63,893 nucleotides of DNA, filler included, from Choristocarpus tenellus KU-1152 (GCA_964200185.2; 11 parts of 11 records of this genome joined end to end with filler, not necessarily neighbours in it), one strand, 5' to 3'. Positions 48,113-62,034 are shown, counted from the first letter of the whole stretch. Numbers and translations: made by a program. Notes: a model not told the origin generated them from the sequence alone.

Positions 48113-50126
48113 ATGTCGGTCAAGCAGGTGATACTTTCCTCCACTCCTGTTCCAAGGGTTGGATTACACTTTAAACTTCATGCGATGATTCATATGATTG
48201 CAGTACAACCTGCTCTAATCGAAACCGATAACTTTATCCTCTTAACAATGTACCCCTGATCGGCTCCGTCTTATGGTCTGCTTTCCAAGCTGCGTCCTCC
48301 AACAACGGATACTGATGGTTTCAGGCATGTGTCCAGGGCAGCAGCCCAGTGGATAGACTTAACCGCGAAGCATGGTTTCATAGACATCACCTACAAAGTA
48401 GCGTATGCAGATTTCACGGCCAAGATCACAATTAACAGGCCGGACATGCACAACGCCTTCCGTCCCATCACGGTGAACGAAATGCGAAAGGCGATGGACC
48501 TTGCACAGGACGACAGGTAACTCGGGAGGTGGTTCTACAAGATCCTGACATATTTCTGTTGTATGTGCGATTTGATTGGAGTCCTCACGTTCCGCCCAAA
48601 CTTGGGTTTTCCTTGCTTAACCATACGTGCAGCGGCATTGGCGCTATTATCCTGGCTGGGGAAGGGCCCTACGCCTTCTGCTCTGGGGGAGATCAGGCAG
48701 TGCGAGGAGAGGGAGGGTATGATGACGGCTCCGAGGATGTGCCGAGGTTGCGTGTGTTGGACCTACACATACAGATGCGTCGTTGCCCCAAACCGATAAT
48801 TGCAATGGTTGCCGGATACGCCGTAGGGGGTGGACATATCTTGCACATGGTGGCTGATCTGACTATCGCGGCAGACAACGCTGTCTTTGGGCAGACTGGT
48901 CCAAGGGTGGGCAGGTAAGAAACCTCTTTGGCTACCCTCTTTGTCTGAACTGTTTCATCCGCTTAGCAATTTCTTCCACTAGAAAATTACCAGAGTATTT
49001 TTCATTGTCGTTTTCTTGAAGCATCAATTCACACTATACTTCAGAGAATTTGTTTGGATGTGCAAGTATGACATTTCTGCTGACATAATGAACATGCTGT
49101 CCAGCATGCATGGATGCATGCACAGGTTTGCAAAGTGACACAAAGCAATTAAAGTGACAAGATGAGTGGTGTGATTTGGCATTTTCAAACCTGCCAATAG
49201 AATGTTAGCTTACATCGATAAGGAAGTTGCAATCATCCACGTTCTTTTCTTGTGAAGCAGGAACGTGAGAAGTGGTAAGGTACAAATACTTTGCTGACCA
49301 TGCGATTACTGTTCACTTGAACCCTTCTGGTCTTCGGTTTCAGTAGGAGCTTTTTTTCACTCTCCAACTTATCTCCATTGAATGTCCAATTAAATGAACA
49401 AGGTTCTATTCTGACTTTTCAACTGATTGTAATTGTAAGACTGTAATGGTAATTTACTTCCAAGATATACTGTTGGAAGCGGCATAACCAATCGATAGCA
49501 AAACCCAAGTTGAAGTATATAGGTAGTGTCTGTTCTAATTTTCACACATGTGATTTAGGGCCTATCCTCCAGATAACCGTACAACTCGCAATTTCTCCTG
49601 AAAAGCTGATCCAGAAAACAAAAAGCGTCCAGTGGAAAGACTGCAATTCAACCAGTATTCTGTTACACCGTTTTGTTACCGTAGCAAAACATATTCAGTA
49701 CTTGTTGCCCATTTCCCACCCTCTCCTCTTTGGTACCTGACCACTAGCTTTGATGCGGGTTATGGGTCAACACATATGGCAAGAATTGTGGGGCAGAAGA
49801 AGGCCAGGGAGATATGGTTCTTGTGTAAGTATTACAATGCTAATGAAGCCTTGGATATGGGATTGGTAAATGCTGTTGTCCCACTTGGAGAGCTGGAGCA
49901 AGAGACCCTGAAGTGGTGCCGACGGGCAGCATCTAACAGTCCCACAGCATTGGCCTGTTTGAAGGCAGCACTTAATGCTGACGAGGATGGACAAGCTGGG
50001 ATAATGCAGTTGGCCGGCAATGCCACAAGACTGTTCTACATGACAGAGGAGGGGAAGGAAGGGAGGGATGCCTTCTTGGCAAAGCGCCCTCCTGTCTTCC
50101 GAAATGTCCCCATGTCTAAATTATGA
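48113..50126 (+). CDS. menB: 1,4-dihydroxy-2-naphthoyl-CoA (naphthoate) synthase. Exons 48113-48127 (tentative start MSVKQ), 48290-48516, 48633-48914, 49748-50126
   Basis: [101 protein letters not shown]; phase-compatible GT-AG introns; ends SKL*. Confidence 0.96.
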
Positions 50127-52068
50127 TAGACCTCATTACACAGTAGGACCGTGGAGAAACATATTTGATCCCATAGTATATCAACTACAGATAGTACACT
50201 TAGGAGTGTAACAATCTCATTATATTATTAGTAGTTTGCCTTTACCAAACTAAGGAAATGCTTTGGCACATTGAAGCTCTGTGTGCGCCCACAATAATGG
50301 CATCTCAGGTTATCTTGCACATACAAATACATGTCAACACGTAATATACTCTGTTACACACGATTCCTCAATCTGCTACATCCATATCCAGGAGTCACCT
50401 CACAAGAGATTGCTGTCGATTTAGACATTCTAGTGCCCTATATCAATTTACTAGAAACTTGATCAAAGTCTAATCATCATTCTTGTGAACTCTCTTGCCA
50501 TCTGGTTGATTACAGAGAGGTCACCACAAATTGCACCATCTGCTCCTTGTTCTTGATCACACTCTGTGCGATTCCGCCCATCATTAAAAATTCAAAAGAC
50601 AGTGCCCTACCCAACTTTCATAGAACTATTAAGAACTACTTTTCGAATCCCTCCTAACTAGCCCTGCAATTATGGAAACATTCCTTGCAAGGTTCTCACA
50701 GTAGGTGATTTAACCTTATTATTACATGCCAAGTAGAGTTTCTTAAACCTCTCATGCAAGGGCAGTCGTGTGGGTGGGACAGATCGTCAACGTTCTTCAC
50801 ATCCACTTTCTGGACACATGACTCTCATGCAAATCAGTAACCTAAAACACTTGAGCAATGTGTGTTGTCATGGATTTCATCAAGGCAAAGAAAGCTCTGT
50901 AGTTACACTACAGGTTTGAATGGAGTCTTCACCTTGTCTATGCACGTCCTTCGGTTTTCTTGTGTCCTCTTTAGGTTTTATTTTCAAGAGTAGTTACAAT
51001 TATCAAACCCCATTTCTCCAACTTACACAACATGGTATCCTTGATATTGTACAGTTGTACCTGAACTGAGGATGTAGGACTATGCCAGATTCCAGAAGTA
51101 CGTTATTACACAATATTGCAAGCTTGTTAGGTGCATTTGGTTTAGATAAACAACTTCAAGGGGTCTGCGGTCGACGTGTATTGGCAGAGGAATAAACCTA
51201 ACACAAACCGGTTCCACCTGCACAAATAGCCTCATCTTGCAATCCTCCTGGAGACACACAGCTTTGAAAACTACGTGCAAGATACTAACGTAGATATTCG
51301 CCTTTCAATGTGCAACGTTTGATTAGAAATGATCAAACTCTTACATCAAAGTGTTGTGTTGCATCTCATTTTAGAAGGGTCTTTATGGAGATGTGGAAAC
51401 CATCAACAGTTCAGAGCATGCCTTCTATAGTAACCTTGTAAAAATTGAGGATGGCCGGCCCCTCTCTTTCTTGACCTTATTCCAGAATAACCCTGGGCAA
51501 AACCAAGAAATTCTATGATTACAAATCCAACTCGGTTGATTTGGGCAGACTGACAATTTTAGGTTTGTTAGACCCAATGCAATCTGCAACTCCAAAATTA
51601 GATCCCAGACAAAAATATGAAGTTCCTCAAAGAAATTGGAGTGGAAATATGCACCAGAGTGTTTCCAACCCCCACAATTTCCATACACAAAGTGTGATGG
51701 AGGCTATTTTGGGGGTGAGAACAGCACTAAAGGAAGCTGTGCATCACAACATAAAAATGCCACAAAAATAGTCAAGGGAGGTGCAACCCTTTGCCACCAG
51801 AGCAAAATGTAACCTTAGACAGCAGCAACACAATCTCTTTTGATAGTGTAAGTACCACTATCTCATTTGGCTAGTAGTACAGCATGGGGTGAGAACTGTT
51901 GACAGTACGGTTTACTTACCTTGTATCATCCTGTCCTCGGTGCTCCTTCAACCTTCTCAACAACCACGATTTTCTTAGAGAGGTATTCACCAACTTCACT
52001 CTATATTTCTAGTGGCCGATGTTAGGAACCTAAGCGTTTACTGTGCAGCTCTGGAGTCAGAGAAGAGA

Positions 52069-55000
52069 TCATGATGAGATCAAGAACCCAATGTTCATGA
52101 GTATCCCAAAGAGCATGTGTATCTGCGTGTTAGGGCCAGGGAAGGAGTAGGATAGGGGGGAGGGGGAGGTCTATGAGCACATATTAACTTGACACACAGA
52201 GCAGGTGAAGGGGGAGACAGCACACCTCATCAAAGTCTATCGGAGCAATTTAGAACAGGGCTTATCATTCACAGTGAATATGCCCCATTTCAAATCAGCA
52301 CCCAAGAAATTCAATATGAAACGCCTTCCTAGAGTAGCATTGTAGTATGCCTCTTACCTTTGCGGTTTGCTCATCAATATCTTGCATCGCCTAAGAAAGG
52401 AGAACGGCAGCAGCAAGGCAGAGTCAAAAGGGAGCATCAGAACTTCAACATTCACAAAAGCAACATGAGTACCACAATAGGATACTTCAGATCCCGACAT
52501 GAACCCCTTTTGTTTAAGTGTTAAAAAGTCACATTGATGGTATGGGTCATCTTATTATATATTTCGAAGAACACACAAATGTGCTGGGTGCCAAAACAAA
52601 CGAACTCTTGACTTTGGAATGAAAGTTAAATTCCCAAGAAAGTAGTGTTTATGACTATGGTAACTTGTCAGTTTCAGTTTGTTAAGAGCCTTAGCACTAT
52701 GGAATGTGTATATGGGATTACTTGAGGGCTGTCTCCTGTTGGCCAAGTAGCACTGTTTTTTGCAAACCTCGCTTGAGGAGCTTCACTTTGGACTATCAAT
52801 GGCAAAGACTTGGACAATGAAGTGTTTAAGATCCTGACCGAACTACTTCACATGTTGCGTACTAGAGTATTTGATCACAATTTAACCGGCTGTAAGTCTG
52901 ACTGACAGCATTAGCCTTGAAGGAAATCAATATCACTCCATAGATGAGTAAAATATTTCATAGCTCTAGCGCTTCAGTGATGCTGCCTTGAATCAAATCA
53001 CCATTTCAAGCAACTACTTAAAAAATGGAAATGTTGCAATACATCACATAGCTTCACTTTTAATTCTCATATATGAGTGTACTACTCAGGCCATTGAATG
53101 ACTGCAGCATGCCAAAACAGAGTGAGTGAATAGTACCCAAAGTCAGTACAAACTGCAGCTGCACTATCTGGACACATCATACAGGGGAGAGGGATGTATG
53201 TATATGAAATGCCACAGGTAATCTTGTTTGTTCACATCACACAATTACTGCTGCTACATACATTAGTCTGAGGGATCTAAAACACCAGGCCAAATGGTAG
53301 TGTAGAGGAAAAGTAGTAAAGACAACCCTCAAGAAGACCCAAATACGTACAACATGAAAATGTGTCAACAATAGTGAACTAGTTATGGCAGGCACACCCC
53401 CAACACCAGGCTGCCGCAGTACTGTACCCGAATCATTTGCAAAAGGTACCGCCTGCCCCCCACTTAGGTTCACCGGTACGGTACATCAAATAGATGGGTA
53501 CCACATACCACACATGATTTTTTTTCTTAAACAGTATTCCAATACAGTACACTCTACGCAACCCATCTTCTGCATTCTAAGAGCCCCAAGCAGAGATGTT
53601 TTCAAAGTTGCTGCTGCTGTCTGCTGGACCCCCCCCCCCGTAAAGAAAGGCTGTGCTCGATCCTGTACCTCAGCTTTGAAGTCCTTGAAAGCACGCAATG
53701 CCAAGGGGAGGGTGAGAACCGTCAGCGCACAGCCCCTGTACTTGACGAACGAGAGCGCCAAAGACCATCCATACGCACATAAGATCATCGAGTAGTACAG
53801 CAGCCTGCTTCCCTTGAAACCAATCATCTGCATAACAAACGAACCACAAACATCGCAGCCGGGTAAGAAGCCATCGGGGCTCTCTCAGAAATAGGAAAAC
53901 CACCAGGGCGTCTACTGCAATGGGAGAGAGATGGCGAGCTCAAGTCATTTATTATTATTATTATTATTATTAGCTACACATCAAAGCGGCGGACACACGT
54001 GCTTTGGAAGCGCTAGAGCTTTACAGTAAGCGGAATCATTTACCCGTGTTGCAAACAGGGGGTTAAGGTCTCTTTTTCTTCCAGTCCTCTTCCATCAGAG
54101 CCCTACCATAGCGCACGGCACGAATACATCAAGGACAAATGGACGACAAAACGGTGTGGATCCTTCCTAAATGTCGACTCTTGAGGATTTTTCACCTTCT
54201 GAGATGCAGGATAGACACTCGCCGCTTCAGAGTATACTTTTTAAAGAGAGAGCCACCCTACACATCCCATCCCACCACCTTCAAGATAAGTATATATTCC
54301 ATAGCACCTATTGAAAAGGGACCCAGCGAAAAGGATGTAAACAAGGTGGCGTTTCAGGCGGTGGTACCTCTGTGCGACTACAAAATAATCCAGCAGGGGT
54401 ATACCTTGTACCGTCATACCAACCCATCAACCCTTCGACATTTGCTCGGCGGCAATCCCTGATCTTCCCTTCAAAACCACCAGCCCATACACATATTTGG
54501 GCCTTGCCTACTCACGCAATCCTATAGCGAATCCCTCCAGCCAGGAAGTACATGTCAATTACAACACAAACACACACACACATACACATACACACTCCGG
54601 GAATGCGGTAATCTCAACTCAACCCACCGAGGCAAGGGTTTTGATGCCTGCATCTCTGTCGTTTGCAATGTCCCGAGTGTTGTTAGCATGAAGGATCGCC
54701 TCGCAGAGGAGAGCAGCAGGAAGACCAAACGGAAGGATCCAGTTTTGAACCTTGCCAGAGATGAGCATCGCTGTCACCTGTGGCACAACGTCGAGTGAGG
54801 ACTAAGTGCAGTCCGAGGAACAGTTCATGACCAATCTCTCCCCAGGTAAAAAAAAATCTCACTAGCAGGGACGCCTGTCCAATTTTACTTCATCTTACTG
54901 CGCCTGAACAGCCCAGAATGTAAAATATATACATATATGAACAAACAAAAGCATGGAGCTCGTTGTTCCAAGAGTAGAGTCAAGCACCCATCCTACCGGT

Positions 55001-55656
55001 TGAATATTACTGCGACAGTGGAGTCACACGTGAGCACTAGTGCAGTGGAGTAAGGCATAGATATTGATAGCGAGGATATGCAAACTCAACATGGTTTCGA
55101 GAACAATAAAAGAGGAGGTTGCAGTGACGTAAGGCTTCTTCAACGCCTACAGGTACCCTACACAACCCTAAAAAAAAGGTACCCTACATAACCCTAAAAA
55201 AAGGTATACCTGTTCTGCCTAAAGATAATGAGATACCACCCTTCCACCAGAGCACCCGCCCCAAGGCGAAACAGCTCAGCTCCCCTACCTGAACCATAGA
55301 ACCTTGAAAAAAAAAGAAGTGTATCCTTCGCAAGGAGCCTACCCAAAGCCTTTTTTACAGGCAATCGTTTCACCCAATGAACTCAATCCTTACCTGCACA
55401 AAAACGTGAGAAGTCTATAACCCTAGACCATACATAGTATTTCGGTGAGGAGGGAGAAAAAAAAATTCAAATTAAATAAATTAAAAATGAGTAACTGTCT
55501 GTAACAGCAGACACTATATGCGCGCGCCCAAATACGAAAAAACCCCGATTAAGACAGTATAAATACCAACTGACACGCGCATTGTCTCTCACCTGCATCA
55601 GCATTGGGCCAAAGAGTAAGAACACCGTGATATCGCCTAGTCCTCTGTACTTCAGC
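52069..55656 (-). CDS. menA: 3' part of a UbiA-family DHNA prenyltransferase (MenA/UBIAD1 type). Exons 55656-55593, 54777-54628, 53827-53669, 52390-52358, 52122-52069; 5' part lies beyond the contig end
   Basis: LKYRGLGDITVFLLFGPMLMQ; EAILHANNTRDIANDRDAGIKTLA (second Asp-rich motif); EQTAK-IHMLFGILMNIGFLISS*. All junctions are GT-AG and in phase. Confidence 0.9.
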
Positions 55657-56255
55657 CTTTGATCGGTTGAGTGTAAGGCATTGCAGGGGAAAAAAAAAAA
55701 AAAAAGGAAGGGGAACGGGANNNNNNNNNNNNNNNNNNNNNNNNNNNNNNNNNNNNNNNNNNNNTTAATTAATTAANNNNNNNNNNNNNNNNNNNNNNNN
55801 NNNNNNNNNNNNNNNNNNNNGGGGGGGGGGGGGGTTATTACACTTAAAAATAAAAATAATTTGTAAAGATGCACACGGTTGATGTCATCACCTCACAGCA
55901 GACGGCGACCATTCTCTGTTTTTATGCTGTTCCTTGCCTTCTAATGAAATAAAAGATGTTCAACAAACATGGGAGGCATTTTGTTTTCTGATCACTAGGC
56001 GAGGTGGGTATTTTTTTGTCCATGTGAAAAAAATATTGCTAAAAAATATATTACAATATATTTTATATATATATATAATGTATGCGTGTGTGTGTATATA
56101 TATATATACAGAGAGAGAGAGACGGTTTTAATTGCCCCTCTTCCCCCTCCCCCTCCCCCTCTCCCACTCCCTCTCCATCCCTCCCTCCTTCCTCATGAAA
56201 AAAATATGACAATAACGGCCCCTTTTTGTTTTATATTTTTTATATACTAAAAAAG

Positions 56256-56762
56256 GTGGCTCCAGGCAATGCAGGTGGACCCATTGGTAACGGCGAGAGC
56301 AGCCTTCAGTGGGCGTCGAAGTTGTTAGGTCTTGAGCCGGAACAACTGGAAGAGGCCCTCATTGCCCGTCAAATCAATCCTGGAATAGGGGGTTCGGCAG
56401 ATATGGTCATTGTCCCTAGCTCCCCTAAGGTCAGGTCCTTTGTGGGTTTTTGGTTGAAGGTCTAGCCTTTTTCTAAAGTGTAATTAATATATTATCCCAG
56501 CAATTGGTGAGATTTCAGGAAGTGAAATTTTCGGCGGACAGTTAAGCTTAAGCTCGCTTCTCTTGCAATTTTTTTTTTTTTTCAGTTGGGAAATTTTTGT
56601 TGTGACAAGAATTGTACACCTAGAGCGTTTGAGTGTGAGTGTGTGTGTGAGTGAGTGTTTTGTGTTTAGTCATGTTGGACTTGATTTTTTTGTTATTATC
56701 AATTTTGATCTTCAATTTTGAATATGATACATTGTGTTAATTTCGTTCTGTGTGAGAAATAA

Positions 56763-56808
<46 letters not shown>

Positions 56809-59800
56809 TTTTTTGCAGTGGAGAACGTTACTATTAATCCATGATATATAGTGTAGTTGAATGCAATTGGTCTGGTCGTCATCACTTGAGTACTGAAGGG
56901 CTGGTCTTCACCACCACGGGTTGTGTACCTCAGAGGGTTTTTTTTTTTAATGTATTTTATTTTCATGTGTGCTTTTGCTTTTTCTATTTGGAAGACATTT
57001 TTTTTTTTGAGGAGATGCATGTTACCTTAGTATGTACTCACTCACTAGCTTACTTATGCGACCATCGAGGTGTGAAAGGGATGTGCTTGCCTTGGAGTGG
57101 TGGGGTCTCCTTCTTGGGTGATGGTGATGGTGGTGATTATGGTGTAGAGATTTTTATTATTTGTTGGAATGTCTTTTTGAAAAAATCTGCCAAGGGAAGG
57201 CTTTGTTGTGTAAAGGTAGGTAGGTAGGTAGATGCAAGTGAATGTGAGTAAGAATGTGATAGTGTCTTTTCATTGGCATCATTGAAATCATCACATTATG
57301 GTACCATTGACATCACATTATGTACAGATCGAATTGTTCCGCTTCTGATTTTATTTTATTTTTTCTTGGTTTAGGTTTAAAGTGATAGCAGCAGGGGGTC
57401 ATTGAGAAGATGTCCAATGGTTTGTGAGTCGAATGGACACTTAACTATGTTTGTAAGTTGAATGGACACTTAACTATGTTGTTTGTAAGTTGAATGGACA
57501 CTTAACTATGTGGCAGGAGTCTCCCGTGCACGGGTTTTATTTCCTGTTTATATTTTTATTTCAGGAAATGAGAGAGATATACCAAATCGTCATCGACCAC
57601 CTACCCTTGTGATGCTAGAGAGGGTAGCATCTCAATATTTTCCAAAAAAGGAATCATAGGTCATGGTGGAAATCACCCAAGTAGGGTCAGGGTTGGGGCT
57701 AGGGCTAGGGCTAGGGCTAGGTTAGCAATAGTTGTATGCTGTTCTTTACCAGCCGGCCACCTCAATCCTCATCTTTCCCAATGAGCCTTTTTTTCAGGAC
57801 CCTCCCCTCGCTGTCTTTTATTTATTTATTTTTATTCCCTGGGTATGTAGTTGGGAAAGCTGTCCAGCTGTGATTTCAACATGCGGGCCCCGTTACCTCT
57901 TTTGAGTGTACCTCTTTTGTGAGTACCTCTTTTGATTGTTGTTGACATACCGGTGCTGTGCCTGCCCACAGAGCAGTTTGGTTGACTGTGTGTGACTGTG
58001 TGTGTCTGCCCGAAGGGGCACATCTACAGCAGTAGATCACATCTACAGCAGTAGATCACATCTACAGCAGTAGATCACATCTACAACAGTATTAGTATCC
58101 CTGGTTAGGAGGAGTGATTGATAAGTTAAATTTATTATTTTGCTGCTCTGCTGCTGCTGCTGTTGTTGTTGGTGGTGGTGGTGGTGGTGGTGAGAGTATT
58201 GATTTGTGTACCGGCCTCATTGAATAAAGTTGGTTGATTTTAATAATACAATCAATAACTGTTATTACCTACTTGGTTAAATTTAACGATTGAGCCTGTT
58301 TACCTCCCCCCCTGCCCCCTCTCCCTCCCCCCCCCCCTCATTGTGTCTGTTTGTCTGACAAACGTGATTTTTTTTTTGTGCAACTGGTTGTGTATGTGTT
58401 GAAACTAAACTGAACTGAACTAAACTGAATGGTTTTTGATACGGTAAGGTGGCGAGCCAGGCAAGAGATGCGGTGGCCAAGGCACTGTACTCTGCGCTTT
58501 TTGATTGGCTGGTGGAAAAAATCAACCTCACCCTCACGGCTGCCATGGGTACCAGGCTTGACAAGGAGGGAAACAGGTGTGAAAAAAGAAGATAATGATT
58601 GTAACAATAACAACTAAAAAAAGAAAGAAAGAAAGAAAGAGACACTACATATTTCTTTTAACGCCAAAGTCGATGTCAGTTTAAGGTATATACCTCTAGA
58701 AGGGTTTAAACGGGATTCGTCGCGATGTAATGAGTTTTGTCTTTTACAGGTATACCCTGGTAGTGACTAAAGCCTAGTTAGTAACTAAGTACATCCGTGG
58801 AAGTGTGATAATACTACTAATACTTATTGGTATTAAATGAAATCATTATTTTTTTTTTTTATTATTCTGTGGCAGACAAACGGTGGAGTTTTTTGGGTTT
58901 TTTTTAACGCAGTCCCTTCACTTTTTTTGAAACCTTAGGTTCATTGGTCTGCTGGATATTTTTGGTTTTGAAGCTTTCGGCACGAACTCGTTGGAGCAGC
59001 TGCTGATCAACTATGCCAATGAACGCCTTCAGCAACAGTTCAACGCCTTCGTATTCAAGCTGGAGGAGAAGGAGTTTGCGGTGGAGGGACTGAGCAAGGC
59101 GAGTAAAAGAGGCCTTTATTTTATTTTATTTTATTTCCATGTGTGTTTTGTGTACACATTTATGGGCGTGTGTGTGTGTGATTATTGTTATTGTTTATTT
59201 TGGAGCGAAGCGTCTGTGAGTTTTTTTGGTGAAAAAAGAAAAAGAATGCCTTCGGATGGAACCATTTTTGGTGAATTTTGAATTGTTTTGTTCGCGTGAT
59301 TGATTTGAATTGATTCGGTGAAGTATTTTTTGTTTATTTTTTTATTGATGATGTTGTTGGGGGGTGGAGAAATGTAAGAGGAGGATGGACAAGCACAAAT
59401 GAACTATATTTGAATGTATATTAGAGTAGATATTTTCGTTTTTTTCATTTAGAACAAAAATGCTGCCCCTCCCTGCTTGCTTGGTGTGAATATATATATT
59501 TTTTATTTTTATTTTTATTTTTATTTTTTACGACTTACTGTGATTTTCCTCACCACACTGATCAGAAATCACGTGCATAAAGTATATATTTTTATTATTG
59601 GGCATGCATGTCACACACGCGCGACGAACGCCTTCCAGGTGTATGTGGAGCACTGTCGTGTGGAGTTTGTGGATAATGATGATGTCCTGAAGCTACTAGA
59701 GAGTAGACCAAACGGAATACTGTCCCTTCTCAAGGAAGAGTCTACGCTGAAGACTGGGAGTGGGGTCAGCCTTGGGAGGCGGTATAGGACGGTTTTTGGC

Positions 59801-59887
59801 AAGAATCCTAGATTCAATATCCCCCGGATTAGAGGAGGTCAGAAAGGATCGGACAATCTGTTTGGCATCATTCACTTTGCTGGCGAG
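56256..59887 (+). CDS. Myosin motor domain, internal exons 56256-56429, 58449-58576, 58939-59098, 59639-59887
   Basis: [15 protein letters not shown]; [23 protein letters not shown]; [11 protein letters not shown] (switch II)..[20 protein letters not shown]; [19 protein letters not shown]; FGIIHFAGE. Confidence 0.95.
57431..57511. repeat. Tandem repeat GAATGGACACTTAACTATGTTTGTAAGTT (29-32 bp), about 2.7 copies, intronic
   Basis: Direct inspection. Confidence 0.85.
58019..58092. repeat. Minisatellite CACATCTACAGCAGTAGAT (19 bp), about 3.8 copies; each unit can form a hairpin
   Basis: Direct inspection; ATCTAC-AGCA-GTAGAT. Confidence 0.9.
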
Positions 59888-60419
59888 GTGAGAGGGGAGA
59901 GTATGTATGAGCGGNNNNNNNNNNNNNNNNNNNNNNNNNNNNNNNNNNNNNNNNNNNNTTAATTAATTAANNNNNNNNNNNNNNNNNNNNNNNNNNNNNN
60001 NNNNNNNNNNNNNNGGCGAATACAATCCCCCCTGCCCTTCCCCCGCCCCCACCCCCACCCCCAACCTCATTCTTTGGGGTTTTCATATTCATGGGGTAGC
60101 GTTGTGGCGAGCCATATGGTGTGATATTTTTTTAGAGAAATTAGTGAGGGTTGAATATTCATTGTGTTGGTTCGAACTACACACACACACACACACACAT
60201 ATATAATACTCAATAGTTTTTTTGCTGTGAATGTTAGTACACACCTGTTCCTCCTTGTCAATCTCCGAACCTTAACCCCTCATTTATTATTATTATTATT
60301 GTCAACATTTATTCATCCAGTGATCCCCGATTTCTCGTGATGATTGGAGTTTCAGGCACACTTTTCGGAGAGCCCCTGCTTCCCTCCCTGCTTTTGTTTT
60401 GGTTTGTGTTGACCTCCCT

Positions 60420-60456
<37 letters not shown>

Positions 60457-60489
60457 AATATATATATATATGTATCTTTTTGGTCTGAC

Positions 60490-60649
60490 GGTACTTTTAC
60501 GGTACTTTTATGGTACTTTTACGGTACTTTTATGGTACTTTTATGGTACTTTTACGGTACTTTTATGGTACTTTTATGGTACTTTTACGGTACTTTTATG
60601 GTACTTTTACGGTACTTTTATGGTACTTTTATGGTACTTTTATGGTACT
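60490..60649. repeat. Minisatellite GGTACTTTTAY (11 bp), about 14.5 copies
   Basis: Direct inspection; it explains the repetitive ORFs at 60337-60796. Confidence 0.95.
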
Positions 60650-60687
60650 ACTTTGTTTTGCGGGAATAATTGTATTTGTCACTGCAG

Positions 60688-61999
60688 GGAAGTGAGGGAG
60701 TTTTCAAGGTCTGTTGCTCCGGAGCCGGTGACCACCATTGGGATTGCTAGTGATGAGGTGCGAGGAATTGGTGGGATTTTTGCTTTGTTTTTGTAAAACC
60801 AAATGAGGCGTTGCTGAGGTTTGCTCTCCGTTCTGTGCCTAGGTGTCCCCTGTCTTCTTGATCCCTGAACTTTGTTCTTTTTTTGTTGTTGTTGAGATAT
60901 CAGTTTGTTTGTTTTTTAACCTTTTTTTTTAAGCAATTTTTAATTAATTGACCTGTATTGTACCCAAATTGTTGAGACATATATATATATATATTAAAAA
61001 AAAAAAATCAACCCCATACTTGAAAAAAAATTGATCTTTTAAAAACCCTTTTATTTATTCTTAAATAAAATTATCCTTGTTTTTTAAAGGATTTTTTTTT
61101 TATTAGTTGACCTGTATTGAGTCCAAAGTGTTGGTATGTTGTTTTTTAACCTAATGCTTTTATAAAACGTATCTTTTTTTAACTTTTTTTTCTCTATCTA
61201 TTTTTGCTGTTATCGATGGTACAGCACTGTTGTAGATGACTGTAACAACAGTTGCAATTGTCTCCTCAACAACAAAGCATGACTGGCACAGTTTTCAAAT
61301 ATATATAAATATATACATATTTATATATGTAGTGTGTCTATAACCTTTATATATATATATATTATTATTTATTTTTTCCCCACCTGTAATGCCCTTTTAA
61401 TTATTATGATTATACTTCTTTTTCTTAGTGAAACTGTCATACCTACCTACCGACCTCCTCAGGGACATTGTTTCTGTGGGGGATGTGCCAGATTTTGTGT
61501 GTCTGTCTGTATGAGGAGTTATAACCATCAAGGAGGTGTATGTCATTGAGTTTCTCAAAGGTCCTGTACTGTGATGTCTATTCCAACAGTATTGTGTTAT
61601 TATAGCGCAGGGGAAGGCTTTTTTTTGGCGAATGGTGTGTTCACAGATCATGTCCATGTACAGTAACGCCTTCCTCTTGAGGGTTAACTGTAATTTCAGT
61701 CATGGGAAACGGTGATTTATTGTTGATACACACAAAGTTAAAAAAAGAAAAAGAAAAAATGAGATTGAAGAAAAAAATGAGTAAAAAGTATCTTCTTCCC
61801 CTCTCGGATGGTTTCACCATCAGCAAAGTGCAACAAACTGCCACTCCATGCCTATGGAAACCCATTGTCTAGCCCTAACCCTAAGTGCTCTGGATGATTT
61901 TTTGGAACATTCTGCAAAATAATTGCGATATTTTTGTTAGTTGTTGTAGGGATGGGCCTCTCAACTGCAACATACTTAAGAGTGCATCCAATTAACAAC

Positions 62000-62034
<35 letters not shown>

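Noticed and set aside
58019-58092. TCTAC..GTAGAT hairpin repeats resembling Cas12a direct repeats
   Set aside because: The units are head-to-tail without spacers and lie in a myosin intron: a minisatellite.
60337-60796. Hydrophobic repetitive ORFs (YFYGTFMVLLW)n
   Set aside because: They are translations of an 11-bp minisatellite that is open in all three forward frames.
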